A DNA stretch of 35,277 nt from Candidatus Thalassarchaeaceae archaeon (GTDB lineage: Archaea > Thermoplasmatota > Poseidoniia > Poseidoniales > Thalassarchaeaceae). The notes beneath the pieces were generated by a model that worked only from the letters and a program-made list of their open reading frames with translations, did no database searches and had not been told where the DNA came from. Positions 17,534 to 28,300 of this stretch are shown here, piece by piece. The stretch covers positions 1 to 35,277 of the forward strand of contig JAQXFF010000185.1 in assembly GCA_029250425.1 (NCBI GenBank), read 5' to 3'. Every line of letters begins with the position of its first letter. The first letter of the stretch is position 1. The translations under genes were made by a program, and so were the position numbers.

Positions 17534-17874
17534 TTCATTCCCGCTTCGCCGCTGGGTTCACCATCGTCACCACGCCATCCGGGTTGCCAGAATTCTTCAT
17601 TGTCTAGCCAAGCCAACCAAGCCTTAGCATCTGCTTTCAACAATCGATAGGCACGCCGTTCCAAACCTTGGAGTAATTCAGCATCAATTTCCTCATCAGT
17701 GCGAGCCCCTTTCCATTCGACTTGTAATTCAGAAATTCGCCGTTGACCTTCGGCATGGTTGTCAAAATGTTGTTCACACATTTCGCGTAATTCAGTCAAC
17801 CAAACGCGGGTACCTTTGATGTGAAGATTGTCATTCAATGGTTTTACCCGTCGACCAAACGGCCACCAACCCAT
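17530..17874 (-). CDS. Hypothetical Trp-rich acidic protein
   Basis: 114-aa ORF. The first in-frame start follows a TAA four codons upstream. A 4-nt overlap links it to the downstream membrane-protein gene. Confidence 0.5.
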   Translation of the reverse strand: MGWWPFGRRVKPLNDNLHIKGTRVWLTELREMCEQHFDNHAEGQRRISELQVEWKGARTDEEIDAELLQGLERRAYRLLKADAKAWLAWLDNEEFWQPGWRGDDGEPSGEAGMN

Positions 17875-17947
17875 GCCCCTTCTTTACCACCCATCCTCCT
17901 TGAGCCTTCGCCCTAATCCTGAAGATGCCCCACGTTCGGGACGCATC

Positions 17948-18385
17948 ATGGCCCGCATCGTTGTCCATACCCATGGCAAGGCGCGAGAGAAAGGATATTC
18001 GCACCTCATTGACAAATATTCAGAGCGATTAAAAAATCGCGGTGTCACACTTATTGTCCATTCAGGTCGCTTGGATCATGATGATTATGTGTCTAAGGTA
18101 GAAACCGCCGCTACAAACGGCGCTCTTATTTTACTCGATGAAAATGGTCAGAGCGGAACCACTGAATGGATGTTTTTGAATTGGAAACGCTGGAGACTTT
18201 CACCTACAGCCATACATCTGGCCATTGGACCTGTTGACGGTTTTGAGTCAGATGTTGTTGACAAGCATGAAACAATTTCATTGGGACTTTTGACCTTGAC
18301 CTATGAAATGGCTGCAGTTGTTTTACTGGAACAGTTGTATCGCGCCAGTGAAATGGATCGCGGTTCACCTTATCATCGAGATTAG
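17948..18385 (+). CDS. rlmH: 23S rRNA (pseudouridine-N3)-methyltransferase RlmH (SPOUT)
   Basis: 146 aa from the ATG at 17948. Collinear with RlmH, including IGPVDGF and the C-terminal LYRASEMDRGSPYHRD (compare E. coli ...HPYHRE). Confidence 0.85.
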   Translation: MARIVVHTHGKAREKGYSHLIDKYSERLKNRGVTLIVHSGRLDHDDYVSKVETAATNGALILLDENGQSGTTEWMFLNWKRWRLSPTAIHLAIGPVDGFESDVVDKHETISLGLLTLTYEMAAVVLLEQLYRASEMDRGSPYHRD

Positions 18386-19782
18386 TTGATTGTGGAAGCG
18401 ATCCGAATCATTTCTTCGATAAATCCGTTCAGACTTTCAGTATCAATCGCAGGATTGCAGATAACTGGCCGCAAGATAGTTTTCTGATCTACTTTGGCCA
18501 CACTCACCATGAATTTACCATCGCGCACCATTTGTTGCCTTATTTTTTCGTTGAAGAGATTGATTTCATTTTCATCAGAAATTGAACCTTTGTATCGCAA
18601 ACATACATTGGTGAAAATTCGTTCACAGACCAATTCTAAATCAGGATGTTCGACAACATAATTTTCCAATTCAATGGCCAAATCAACATATCGCTCAATG
18701 CGATCTTTCCATCCCGAGGTACCACAAGATTTCCATTCAATCCACAATTTAAGAGCATCAACACGCCGCCCACATTGCAAACTCTTGCGGCCAAGGTCAT
18801 ATTCTTCTCCGTATTCTTGGAATAAATAATGGGCCGATTTGATGTAAGAACAAGTGTCGCCTAAATTACCCAAATGGGGGGTCAATAATACGGAACAAGT
18901 CAAGGGAACTCCCATCAATTTATGAGGATCCCATGTGAGACTATCCGCTCGTTCTATTCCAGCCATTAAGTGCTTATATTTCGGTGAGAAAAGGCAGGGC
19001 GCACCCAGTGCAGCATCAACATGTAACCACAAGTCTTCATCATGGCACACGTCTGCAAGTTCATCAATTGAATCAAAGGCACCGCGAACCGTTGTACCTG
19101 TTGTTGCAACAACACAAAATGGCGTGCGTCCTGAATCACGCACATCTGTAATCGCGACACGTAGAGCATCAGAGCTCATCTGTCCCTTTTCATCAGTCTC
19201 TATTTTGATAACACCTTTGGAACCAATTCCAAGTACGTGAGCTGACATGAGTAGTGAATAATGTGCATCTGCTGAAACAAAGACTGCCATTTCCCCCCCA
19301 TCTACCCCCTCAATTTTTGAATTGGGAAAATATCGATCACGTGCAAGAAGTAAGGCGAGCATATTGGAATTTGAACCTCCTGATGTAAAGGTCCCATCCA
19401 CTTGGTCCCACCCCGCAAAGCGGCCAAGCGTAGCAAGCATTTCCATCTCAACCAATGTTGCCGCTGGCGCAATTTCCCACGTGTAGATACTTGTGTTTGA
19501 CAACACTGTTGCAATCTCACCAGCCAATCCAGCTTCCGAAAGCCCACCCCACAAGGGTTGCAGAAAATGCGGATGTTGTGTTCGAACACATTCAGAAATA
19601 TAGGTGTCAATCACTGAAAGCAATTCTTCAGTATCCACACCAGTATCATCAATTGAAACCTTCAGAATTTCAGCGAGTTCCGTTGGTGTTCGCCACTTTC
19701 TAACGGGTAATTCACGATCCATACGTTGTCGATAATGTTCACGAACAATATCAAACACACCTTCAAGCAGGGAATTCTCCAC
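18382..19782 (-). CDS. Group II pyridoxal-phosphate-dependent decarboxylase (GAD/CSAD/aspartate-decarboxylase-like)
   Basis: PLP-lysine motif SLTWDPHKLMGVPLTCSVLL and TSGGSNSNMLAL. The GTG start is preceded by GAGGTGA, which overlaps the maeB stop. Confidence 0.85.
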   Translation of the reverse strand: MENSLLEGVFDIVREHYRQRMDRELPVRKWRTPTELAEILKVSIDDTGVDTEELLSVIDTYISECVRTQHPHFLQPLWGGLSEAGLAGEIATVLSNTSIYTWEIAPAATLVEMEMLATLGRFAGWDQVDGTFTSGGSNSNMLALLLARDRYFPNSKIEGVDGGEMAVFVSADAHYSLLMSAHVLGIGSKGVIKIETDEKGQMSSDALRVAITDVRDSGRTPFCVVATTGTTVRGAFDSIDELADVCHDEDLWLHVDAALGAPCLFSPKYKHLMAGIERADSLTWDPHKLMGVPLTCSVLLTPHLGNLGDTCSYIKSAHYLFQEYGEEYDLGRKSLQCGRRVDALKLWIEWKSCGTSGWKDRIERYVDLAIELENYVVEHPDLELVCERIFTNVCLRYKGSISDENEINLFNEKIRQQMVRDGKFMVSVAKVDQKTILRPVICNPAIDTESLNGFIEEMIRIASTIN

Positions 19783-19791
19783 AATCTCACC

Positions 19792-22077
19792 TCAAAGTTG
19801 TTGGCGCTTTTGTCGTTGTGCATCAAGTGCACAAATTGCAGCCATGTGAACAACATCACGCACACCATCTTCTCGTTGCAAGACATGAACGGGTTTTGCC
19901 ATCCCTTCAAGGATAGGGCCCGTCATTTCAGCATCCCCCAACCGCTGGAGTAATTTGTAGGAAATATTGGCAGCCGCAAGATTTGGACAAATGAGAACAT
20001 TTGCAGGCCCCCCGAGTGTCATGAATGGATATTGATCCTGGATGGATGGTATGAGCGCAGTATCCGCTTGCATCGGCCCATCGATAATTAGAGTCGGGTC
20101 TAGCTCCTTAACAAGCTCAAGTGAATCTTCAATCCGCTCGCTGCGATATTGGCTAGATGACCCGAAGTTAGAGAACGATAGCAGAGCCACCCGTGGCTCA
20201 ATTCCAAATCGTCTGGCTACACGAGCGGTTTGCACAGCAATTTCTGCGAGCGTTCGAACGTCTGGATAGATATTGATTGTCGCATCTCCAATGAACATCA
20301 ATTGACCCTTGATTGTCATCATGTATGTGCCGACAACCCGATGAGCATCCTCTGCCATTCCAATTGTCGCTAAGCATGGTTTCAAGAATTCAGGATAATC
20401 TCTAGAGATACCGCCAATGATGCCGTCAGCATCCCCCATTTCTACCATCATGGATCCAAACCACACTCTGGATTTGAGCATTCGTTTGGCATCCGTTTTC
20501 GTAATGCCCTTCCGGCCACGTTTTTTCTGTAATGCTTCGGTGTACACTGTCCGCCTTCGAGGATCTTCGCGAGGATCGATTTCCTCACATTCAAAATCAA
20601 GTCCGAGTGCTTTTTTTGCAGCTGCAATTTCGTGCGATCTACCCAATAAGACCGGGAAGCAAATCCTTTCTTGGATACATTGTGCTGCAGCCTTCAACAT
20701 CGTAGGGTGGTCGCCTTCTGTGAAGACAATTCTTTGTCTGAGTTTGCTCGCTTTTTCAATCACACCACGCATAATTGATCGCGTAAGGCCAAGTCGAGCC
20801 TCGAGTTGATTTCGGTAAACATCAACATCGAATGAATTTGCAATTTCGGTTGAGACCATACCTTCAGCAACAGCGGCCTCAGCAACTGCACTTGCTTCCC
20901 AAATCAGAACTCTGGCATCGAAGGGTTTGGGAATGAGATAATCGGGACCGAATTGTATCTGAGCACCACCATATGCAGCAGCCACATCATCGGGAACAGG
21001 TTCCTTTGCAAGGTTGGCTAACGCCATGGTTGCAGCCATCTTCATACCTTCAGTAATTTCATCCGCTTGAACATCAAGAGCTCCACGGAAAATGTATGGG
21101 AATCCGAGTACATTGTTGATTTGATTTGGGTAATCTGAACGGCCGGTTGCCATGATGGCATCATCACGGACTGCAGCAACTTCTTCTGGCATGATTTCAG
21201 GAGTAGGGTTTGCCAATGCAAAAATCAGTGGACGCGCAGCCATTTTTTCAATCATAGAACCCGTAACAATCCCGGCTTTTGATAGTCCAAGAAAAACGTC
21301 TGCTCCAACCAATGCTTCAGCCAAACCCCCTTCCGGAATATCTCGTGCATACTTCGCTTTGTACCGGTTTAGTTCACCATCATCCTTGCGTTTTTTTGTC
21401 ATGATTCCACCGGAATCACATACCAGCATATTCTCTTTTCGTACACCCAATCGAACGTAATGTTCTGCACTGGAAAGTGCTGAAGCACCAGCACCGGATA
21501 CGACAACTTTCACTTGACCAATTTTTTTGCCCGTGATTTCCAGTCCATTGAGAAGGGCAGCGCCAGAGATGATGGCCGTACCGTGCTGATCATCGTGCAT
21601 GACAGGTATGTCAAGTTCCTTGACCAAACGTCTCTCGATTTCAAAACATTCAGGGGCCTTGATATCTTCCAGATTAATGCCGCCAAAGGTTGGCGCAATT
21701 CGCTTGACAGTTTCTACAAACTCGTCAATATCTTCAGTATCAACTTCAATATCAAAGACATCGATATCTGCAAATGCCTTGAAGAGCAACCCTTTGCCTT
21801 CCATCACGGGTTTCCCAGCAAGGGCTCCGATATTCCCCAAACCCAATACTGCAGTTCCATTTGAAATGACAGCAACAAGGTTCCCTCGCGAAGTGTAATC
21901 CATCGCTTTGGCAGGATCCTTTTCAATTTCCAGACAGGGGTAAGCAACGCCAGGAGAATAGGCTAACGACAATTCTCTCTGAGTAGAGTGTGGTTTTGTC
22001 GGCATCACGGTAATCTTACCGGGGGGATTCGTCGCATGATATTCGAGCGCATCCTTGCGAAATTGTTCCTCGGACAA
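19792..22077 (-). CDS. maeB: NADP-dependent malic enzyme with C-terminal phosphotransacetylase-like domain
   Basis: 761 aa. The N-terminus FRKDALEYHATNPPGKITVMPTKPHSTQRELSLAYSPGVAYPCLEI is collinear with MaeB. The TTG start has GGAGG 7 nt upstream (22085-22089). Confidence 0.92.
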   Translation of the reverse strand: MSEEQFRKDALEYHATNPPGKITVMPTKPHSTQRELSLAYSPGVAYPCLEIEKDPAKAMDYTSRGNLVAVISNGTAVLGLGNIGALAGKPVMEGKGLLFKAFADIDVFDIEVDTEDIDEFVETVKRIAPTFGGINLEDIKAPECFEIERRLVKELDIPVMHDDQHGTAIISGAALLNGLEITGKKIGQVKVVVSGAGASALSSAEHYVRLGVRKENMLVCDSGGIMTKKRKDDGELNRYKAKYARDIPEGGLAEALVGADVFLGLSKAGIVTGSMIEKMAARPLIFALANPTPEIMPEEVAAVRDDAIMATGRSDYPNQINNVLGFPYIFRGALDVQADEITEGMKMAATMALANLAKEPVPDDVAAAYGGAQIQFGPDYLIPKPFDARVLIWEASAVAEAAVAEGMVSTEIANSFDVDVYRNQLEARLGLTRSIMRGVIEKASKLRQRIVFTEGDHPTMLKAAAQCIQERICFPVLLGRSHEIAAAKKALGLDFECEEIDPREDPRRRTVYTEALQKKRGRKGITKTDAKRMLKSRVWFGSMMVEMGDADGIIGGISRDYPEFLKPCLATIGMAEDAHRVVGTYMMTIKGQLMFIGDATINIYPDVRTLAEIAVQTARVARRFGIEPRVALLSFSNFGSSSQYRSERIEDSLELVKELDPTLIIDGPMQADTALIPSIQDQYPFMTLGGPANVLICPNLAAANISYKLLQRLGDAEMTGPILEGMAKPVHVLQREDGVRDVVHMAAICALDAQRQKRQQL

Positions 22078-22183
22078 ACCGTATCCTCCACTTTATTCGG
22101 CCACAGGTCTCACCTATTCCCTTTCCCCTCATTTCATTAGGGTAGAAGGCGATTATTGGGATGATGAAATATTTCGAGTAATG

Positions 22184-22198
22184 TGCCACGCAGTGGCA
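22184..22198. promoter_or_regulatory. Inverted repeat tgccac-gca-gtggca in the maeB / giant-ORF divergent intergenic region
   Basis: Perfect 6-bp arms with a 3-bp spacer. Confidence 0.3.
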
Positions 22199-22253
22199 TA
22201 TTTCCCTTTAGCCCCTAGAAAAATAAGGTTAGAAGGATCCAAAAAATGGCGGT

Positions 22254-22269
22254 GGTATACTAGTATACC
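22254..22269. promoter_or_regulatory. Perfect 16-bp palindrome GGTATACTAGTATACC, candidate operator
   Basis: Self-complementary over all 16 positions. It lies 55-70 nt upstream of the giant ORF ATG (22324). Confidence 0.4.
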
Positions 22270-22323
22270 AGTAAACACAACCACCCATATCCTTCAAATG
22301 GTGTTGCAAAGCCAGTTCACCCC

Positions 22324-25300
22324 ATGACCACCGCCTCAAGACGCCACGCATTCACTTTGGTTAGTCTGATGATTCTTGCATCATGGACACCATTGGCAGC
22401 TTTACCTACGGCTTCTGCCCATGTCGGAATTGTAGCGGAATGGGGGAGTGAAGGCAGTAATGATACAGGCTGGCTGAGGATGGATGCAACAGGTGCTGAT
22501 GTTTCAACAGGCCAAATGGCGATGAGCAATTTGATGCTCGATTTCGCACCAGGCGCTGAAATTTCCAATTTATCTTTTGAGGTCAGAGTCAATGGATCTA
22601 ATGGAACTTGGATTGAAGAACCTCAACTGTTCCTTCCCGATGCACCAGCGAGTGTTCTTGATTGGCGAGGATTGGGTAGTCTAGGCCAGCAGAATGATTT
22701 CATGAACGGTGATCCACACAGTGGACGATTATCACCCAATTCCGATGCGAATGCTGGCTGGGTTTTACCAGGCGGTTCCACGGTTACTGATGTCGTCATT
22801 GAAGCGTTACGCCCTGCTGATGCTTACATCACAACATACAGGTTCGACATGGATATTCAGGATTCTGTCCTCCATCCAGATGATGGACGCCTCTATGTGA
22901 TTGCCAATAATTCCATCATACAAATTGATGCGAACAATAATCCAGAAATGATTCATGGGTTCGATACAGAGCAAAATTGTGAAGAGCCATTGGATTTGGC
23001 AATTGATGCTGCTGAAGCACATTTGCACGTCACATGTAGTGGAGGGTCAATCAATGTCTATTCATTGGATGACAGTTCACTGATTGGAAATTATTCAAGT
23101 CCATTTGGTGAAACAATACATCAAATTGAATCTGTAGGTCCCGGTTATTTGGTCGCTTCAAACGGTAGAACGTTGTGGCAAGTGACCATTGGGGCTAATT
23201 TAGCATCTACTTGGGTTGATGTAGGGACACTGTCCACTAGCGATGGCATCACCCCAGCAACAGACATCCTCGTCGTCAGTACGGATGTATGGATTGCCAC
23301 AGATGGAGCAGGATTGTTCCATTACAGCGGTGGTGGAATGGGCATTCAGCAATATGACAGCCAAAACGTCCTGCCAAGTGACAGCGTCGTTGATCTAGAG
23401 ATTGCGGGAACATATCTTCTCATTGGTTTGGCAGATGCTGGTGTTGCTCGGCGTGATTTGTCATCTGGTAATTGGGTTGCAACTTGGAACACAGGAAACT
23501 GGCTTTTGAGTGATGATGTCAAGTCCATTTCCTCGGTTCAAGGTTGGGTACACATTCTTGCCGACGATGTAGTCTATTCTTACAATACAACAAGCCTTTC
23601 ATTCTCATCTACTTGGACAATTTCTGATCTTGGTCTTGCACGTACAACGGGTCAATCTCTAATTCCTTGGCCATCAGGTGGCAGTCGTTCACCCCTCAAT
23701 CACAGCGTATTGGTTGGAGATGGATCGGGTACATTCGCAATTCTTGAGCCCCATTCACCGGGACATGGTAGCAACCAGGGTTCTTGGGATCAATTGGTTC
23801 TAGCGTCAGGCCCATCTGTGACAGAGATGAATGCGGCAGTCGAGTTGAATGGTATCCTTTACATTTCAGGATCACATGAAGACGAAGGGAATACAATTGA
23901 AAGATTCAATATTGCTCAGTATCGATGGATGCCTTCAATCAGTGTACCATCTGTCGGCGATATCTTGTGTTTAGCAACAGATGGTACCGACCTCTACGTT
24001 GGTACAGAAGACGCAGGTGTGTTACAAATGACCTCTGCACAGCAGGGCGGGCCCATTGTAATGAGCAATCAATCATGGGATACATCTACAGGTTTGTCAG
24101 CCAATGAAGTCAATGGACTTGGACATGATGTATTGACTGGACAAATGATTGCCATTCACCCAGTCTCAGGAATGTCCATTATCGACACCAATTCTACAGT
24201 GGTTAACCAAACATGGACCACCACCAACGGCGGTCTTGCAACCAATCAGATGAATTCTCTTGCAGTTCGAGGAGGCATTGCTTACTTGGGGACCAATAAT
24301 CAAGGTGTTGAGCGAATCGACATCGATAATTCGACGCGACTTTCACCTTGGACTTCCACCGGCTTGGATGATCTTGATTCTATGCCAATCGCAATCGATG
24401 ATGAGACACTATATCTCGGCATATACGGATATGGCGTTCTAGTTTACAATGTCAGTTCAGGTGAGCAAACTGACCTTTGGCAGCGAAGAGGTGGGAATGG
24501 TGGACCTGGTGGTGGTAACAACAATCAGATACCATCCAACAATGTTCTCTCTCTTGCCGTCCTGAGCCCCGGTACAGTTCTCGTTGGGACAATGAACGGC
24601 GGTGCCCGCCACACTTCGAGTGGTTGGACCAGTATGGGGAATACAGGCAATGAATTTGCGGATGAGTTCTACGACTGGGACTTTGACAACCAATACATCT
24701 ACGCAGCAACAGAGACAGGAGCCTGTCAATGGTCTCGCTCAAACCTTGCTTTCCAAAAGTGTTGGGACGACAATCCAGATGGTCTACCTGCTCAGTTCGT
24801 ATACGCGGTTGAACTGATTGAACCCAACCGACTTTGGGTTGGGCATTATGAGGGTGCAGGCGTCATCGATACCGCCAATGACACTGTGATTAAGGCATGG
24901 CAGGCGGGCACGGAAACAAACAATGCAAAGACCGTCGTCATTGGAGACATTGCGTATATTGGCTATGATGGGATTGGCATTCTTCGTTATGACCTGACTA
25001 CAGATGAATGGCTTTCACCTTGGGATTCAGCAACCTCAAACTTACTTGAGAGCAATGGTGTTACAGCCATGGTTCAAGATATCAATCCAAATCGCCTTTG
25101 GGTTGGTGGTGACATGGGTCTTAATCTGATTGACGTTGTCAATGGAACTCTCGAAGAAGATTGGGATTCAGGGGCCAATTCAGGCGGTATCACACTCTCC
25201 AATCAAGAACCTGCCGAATTGGTTATTGTGGGTGACACAATGTACTACTTACAGGTTAGATTTGGCAACAATGGATATTCGTCAAATGACAACGTGTATC

Positions 25301-28300
25301 GCTATGATGTTGCCAATATGACTCAACTCAGCACATTGGATGTTGGAGATGAAGAAGGATCCTCTGGGATATTGCATGGAATGGGTGCTGTAGGAGATAT
25401 CATCCATTTTGGAATGTCCGACACTCAACAATGGTGGGAGAGTGGTTACATGATGCGCTGGAATCATACCAGCAGTAGTTGGATGGGTTCGATTGAGGCC
25501 AGCGGCCAAGTCGAACGTGTCAATGCACAATTTGCAGGAGATTGTGACCCAACACCGACCAATTGCCATTTGTACGCAGCTTATGGCGACACTCCACTTC
25601 ATCAGGTAGACATGAACGGAACTCTTGTCCGTTCCTGGGACAATTCAGTCATTGAAGGCCCAATTCGGGGTATTGTGACGTGGGATGGAACCGTACTATT
25701 CGGAACCGAATCAGGTGTTGAGCGTTACGATTACAATAACAATACATGGTTATCAACATGGGAAGAAAACAATGGTTTGCCAAACAATGTGGAGGAAACC
25801 GTCTATTCAATGAAAGCCATCGGTGATGATTTGTGGATCTCTACAATGGGAAGCAGTGGATGGAATAGGAATTCCAACATCCTCCAACTAAACGGAACAA
25901 CAGGACAGTGGACAGTTCACGATGTGGGCAGTGGTAGTATTCCAGAAGGCTATGGGGCCGATATTGGTGTTTGTAATGACATTGTACACGTTGCCCTGAA
26001 TCGTTGGGCACAGTGGGGCAGTCAAGGTGGTGTTGCACGTTATAATGTAGCAACATCCACTTGGCTTAATGATTGGAGCCAAGGCCAAAATGGTCTCCCA
26101 CATGACAATGCAGTCGCGATAGCTTGCGATGAAGCATATGGTATCGTTTACATTGGATTTGAAGAAGATGATGGATCCATTGCTCGTTATGATTACGTGA
26201 ATTCACGTTTCCTCGCTGAATTAGATGAGGATGACAACACAATCAGTGAACCAATTTTCCCTGGAGCTATGATTCACTTTGGTGGTGGCCTTCTTGCAGG
26301 CCATTACGATGGTGGCGGAATTACATTCATTGGTACGACTGGACAAATAGTCACCCGCGTCATTCCTTTCTCACAAGGCGATGAGGCCACAAGTATTGTT
26401 CATGTCCCCGGTGGTCAGGTCTATGAATTCGCCATCGGCCGAGCCGGTGGCTCTAGTGGATACAATCGTGTCGACAACCTCGATGCAAATGGCCTCTTCC
26501 CGGGTGCTTGGGATAATCTTGCCACACTTTCTACAGGTCGTATTGGCGAGTTTACTGGCAACTCCACACACATTTGGGCCGCACCAATTGATGACTATTA
26601 TTCGACATACGGTTCAGCGATTCTTGAAGGAGAATACCAAGCAAATGGGAGTATTGAATGGAACCGGGCGTGGAATCTTAATTCTGAATTGGTGAACGAA
26701 ATGACCCTTGATGGCAACACTCTTTGGATCACAACAGCAGGTCTTGGCCTACACCAAATTAATTTGACAACGGGTGTTTACAATTACACAGGATACCCAT
26801 TACATGGTCAGATGGATGGTCTTGCATGGTATGGAAATGAATTGGTCGTTGGCCTGATGGGTACACCTTCTACAGCGGCAGGTGTTCAGCGTTATGACAC
26901 GAGTACAGGTCAATGGGGTGCAGGAAAGATTTCTGCCGGATTGCCCAGCAATTATGTTCGAGATTTTGAGAAAATCGGAGATCATGTGTACATTGCAACA
27001 CTTGCGGGAATTGGAGTTTGGAACCTATCAGCAGACGATTGGGAAGACCCAATGACAACAGCAGATGGTTTGCCAACCCCCTTCATCAATCATCTCGAAT
27101 CATCGAATGGCGTTCTCATCATGGGCACACCAGCAGGTATCCTGACTTACGATCCGGCTTCCGATAGCTTGTCGACGATGTTTGGTCGCAGTCAAGGAAT
27201 GGTTGGAAACTCAGTAGCAGGTTTCGCTCCAATTTCTTCATCCACAGGAGCTCTCACAATCTTCACAAGCCATGACGGTGAAGGCCCAACACGACCCGGC
27301 TTCAGTGAAGTTTCAGTAACGGCTAGTACTGTAGTCGGACCAGGCGGCATTTCAACGAGTTTAACATTCAATGTATTGGATACTACTTTGATCGACGTCT
27401 TACCAAGTAACGATATCACCGCTCTAGCCAGCGATTGGTGGGGCGTACACATCGCAACCGATGAAGGACCAATGATGCATTGGAACGGTGCAGCAGCTGA
27501 GATGGAACAAGGAGCGCCTCGTTCCGCTTTTGCTGATTGGCCCGTGAGACATATGACCAGTGATGGACAGAATATCCTTGCTCTTTCGAATTTCGGTATT
27601 GATCGTATTGACCCATCAAGTCCATTGCACACCTCGACTCGCTTGACAACATATGCGAATCTTGGTAGTTCTGTGATTACTCAAAATGCAATTTTCGCTG
27701 TTGGGGCAGACGGGTTACATATTTGGGGCCAATCTCCAGCATTCGTCAAACATGATCGCTCATCAATTCTGAGGGCAGAACCATTGATGATTAACTTCGG
27801 AGGAACTGCTTTTGACGTTACAGACCAAGCCCGGCCAGGCAATGAAATTGTACTAATCAATTCCAGTAATCCAGTGACGTTGCCTATGTTTGGAACAGCA
27901 GGACCAGCAAACATACCGATGACACAAGACATGCTTGTCATATCCAGTCCAATTGGAGGCGCGGCAACATGGGCTGCTAGCACCCGTTTGAATTATTCAG
28001 GTTCGTGGGACCTTGCTGAGTTGAATGCGAATCTCGAAACACTTGTGCAATCTGCGATTTCCAACAGTGCTCTGTCAATCAATGGCCGTAGTTTGCATTT
28101 GCAACTACAGAGTCCTCGCAATGGCTCTCTAGAGGTCCGTCTGACTTATGATTGGGTCCGAATCGAATCTCCATCAGAGATGATTGATTTGTTCGACCGT
28201 CCAAATGATGGCGGTGGTAATCTAACGGCACAGTGGACGGTCACCCAAGACCATTCATTTGCAGCATACCGAATCTATCTCCGTCCGGGTACCAATTGGA

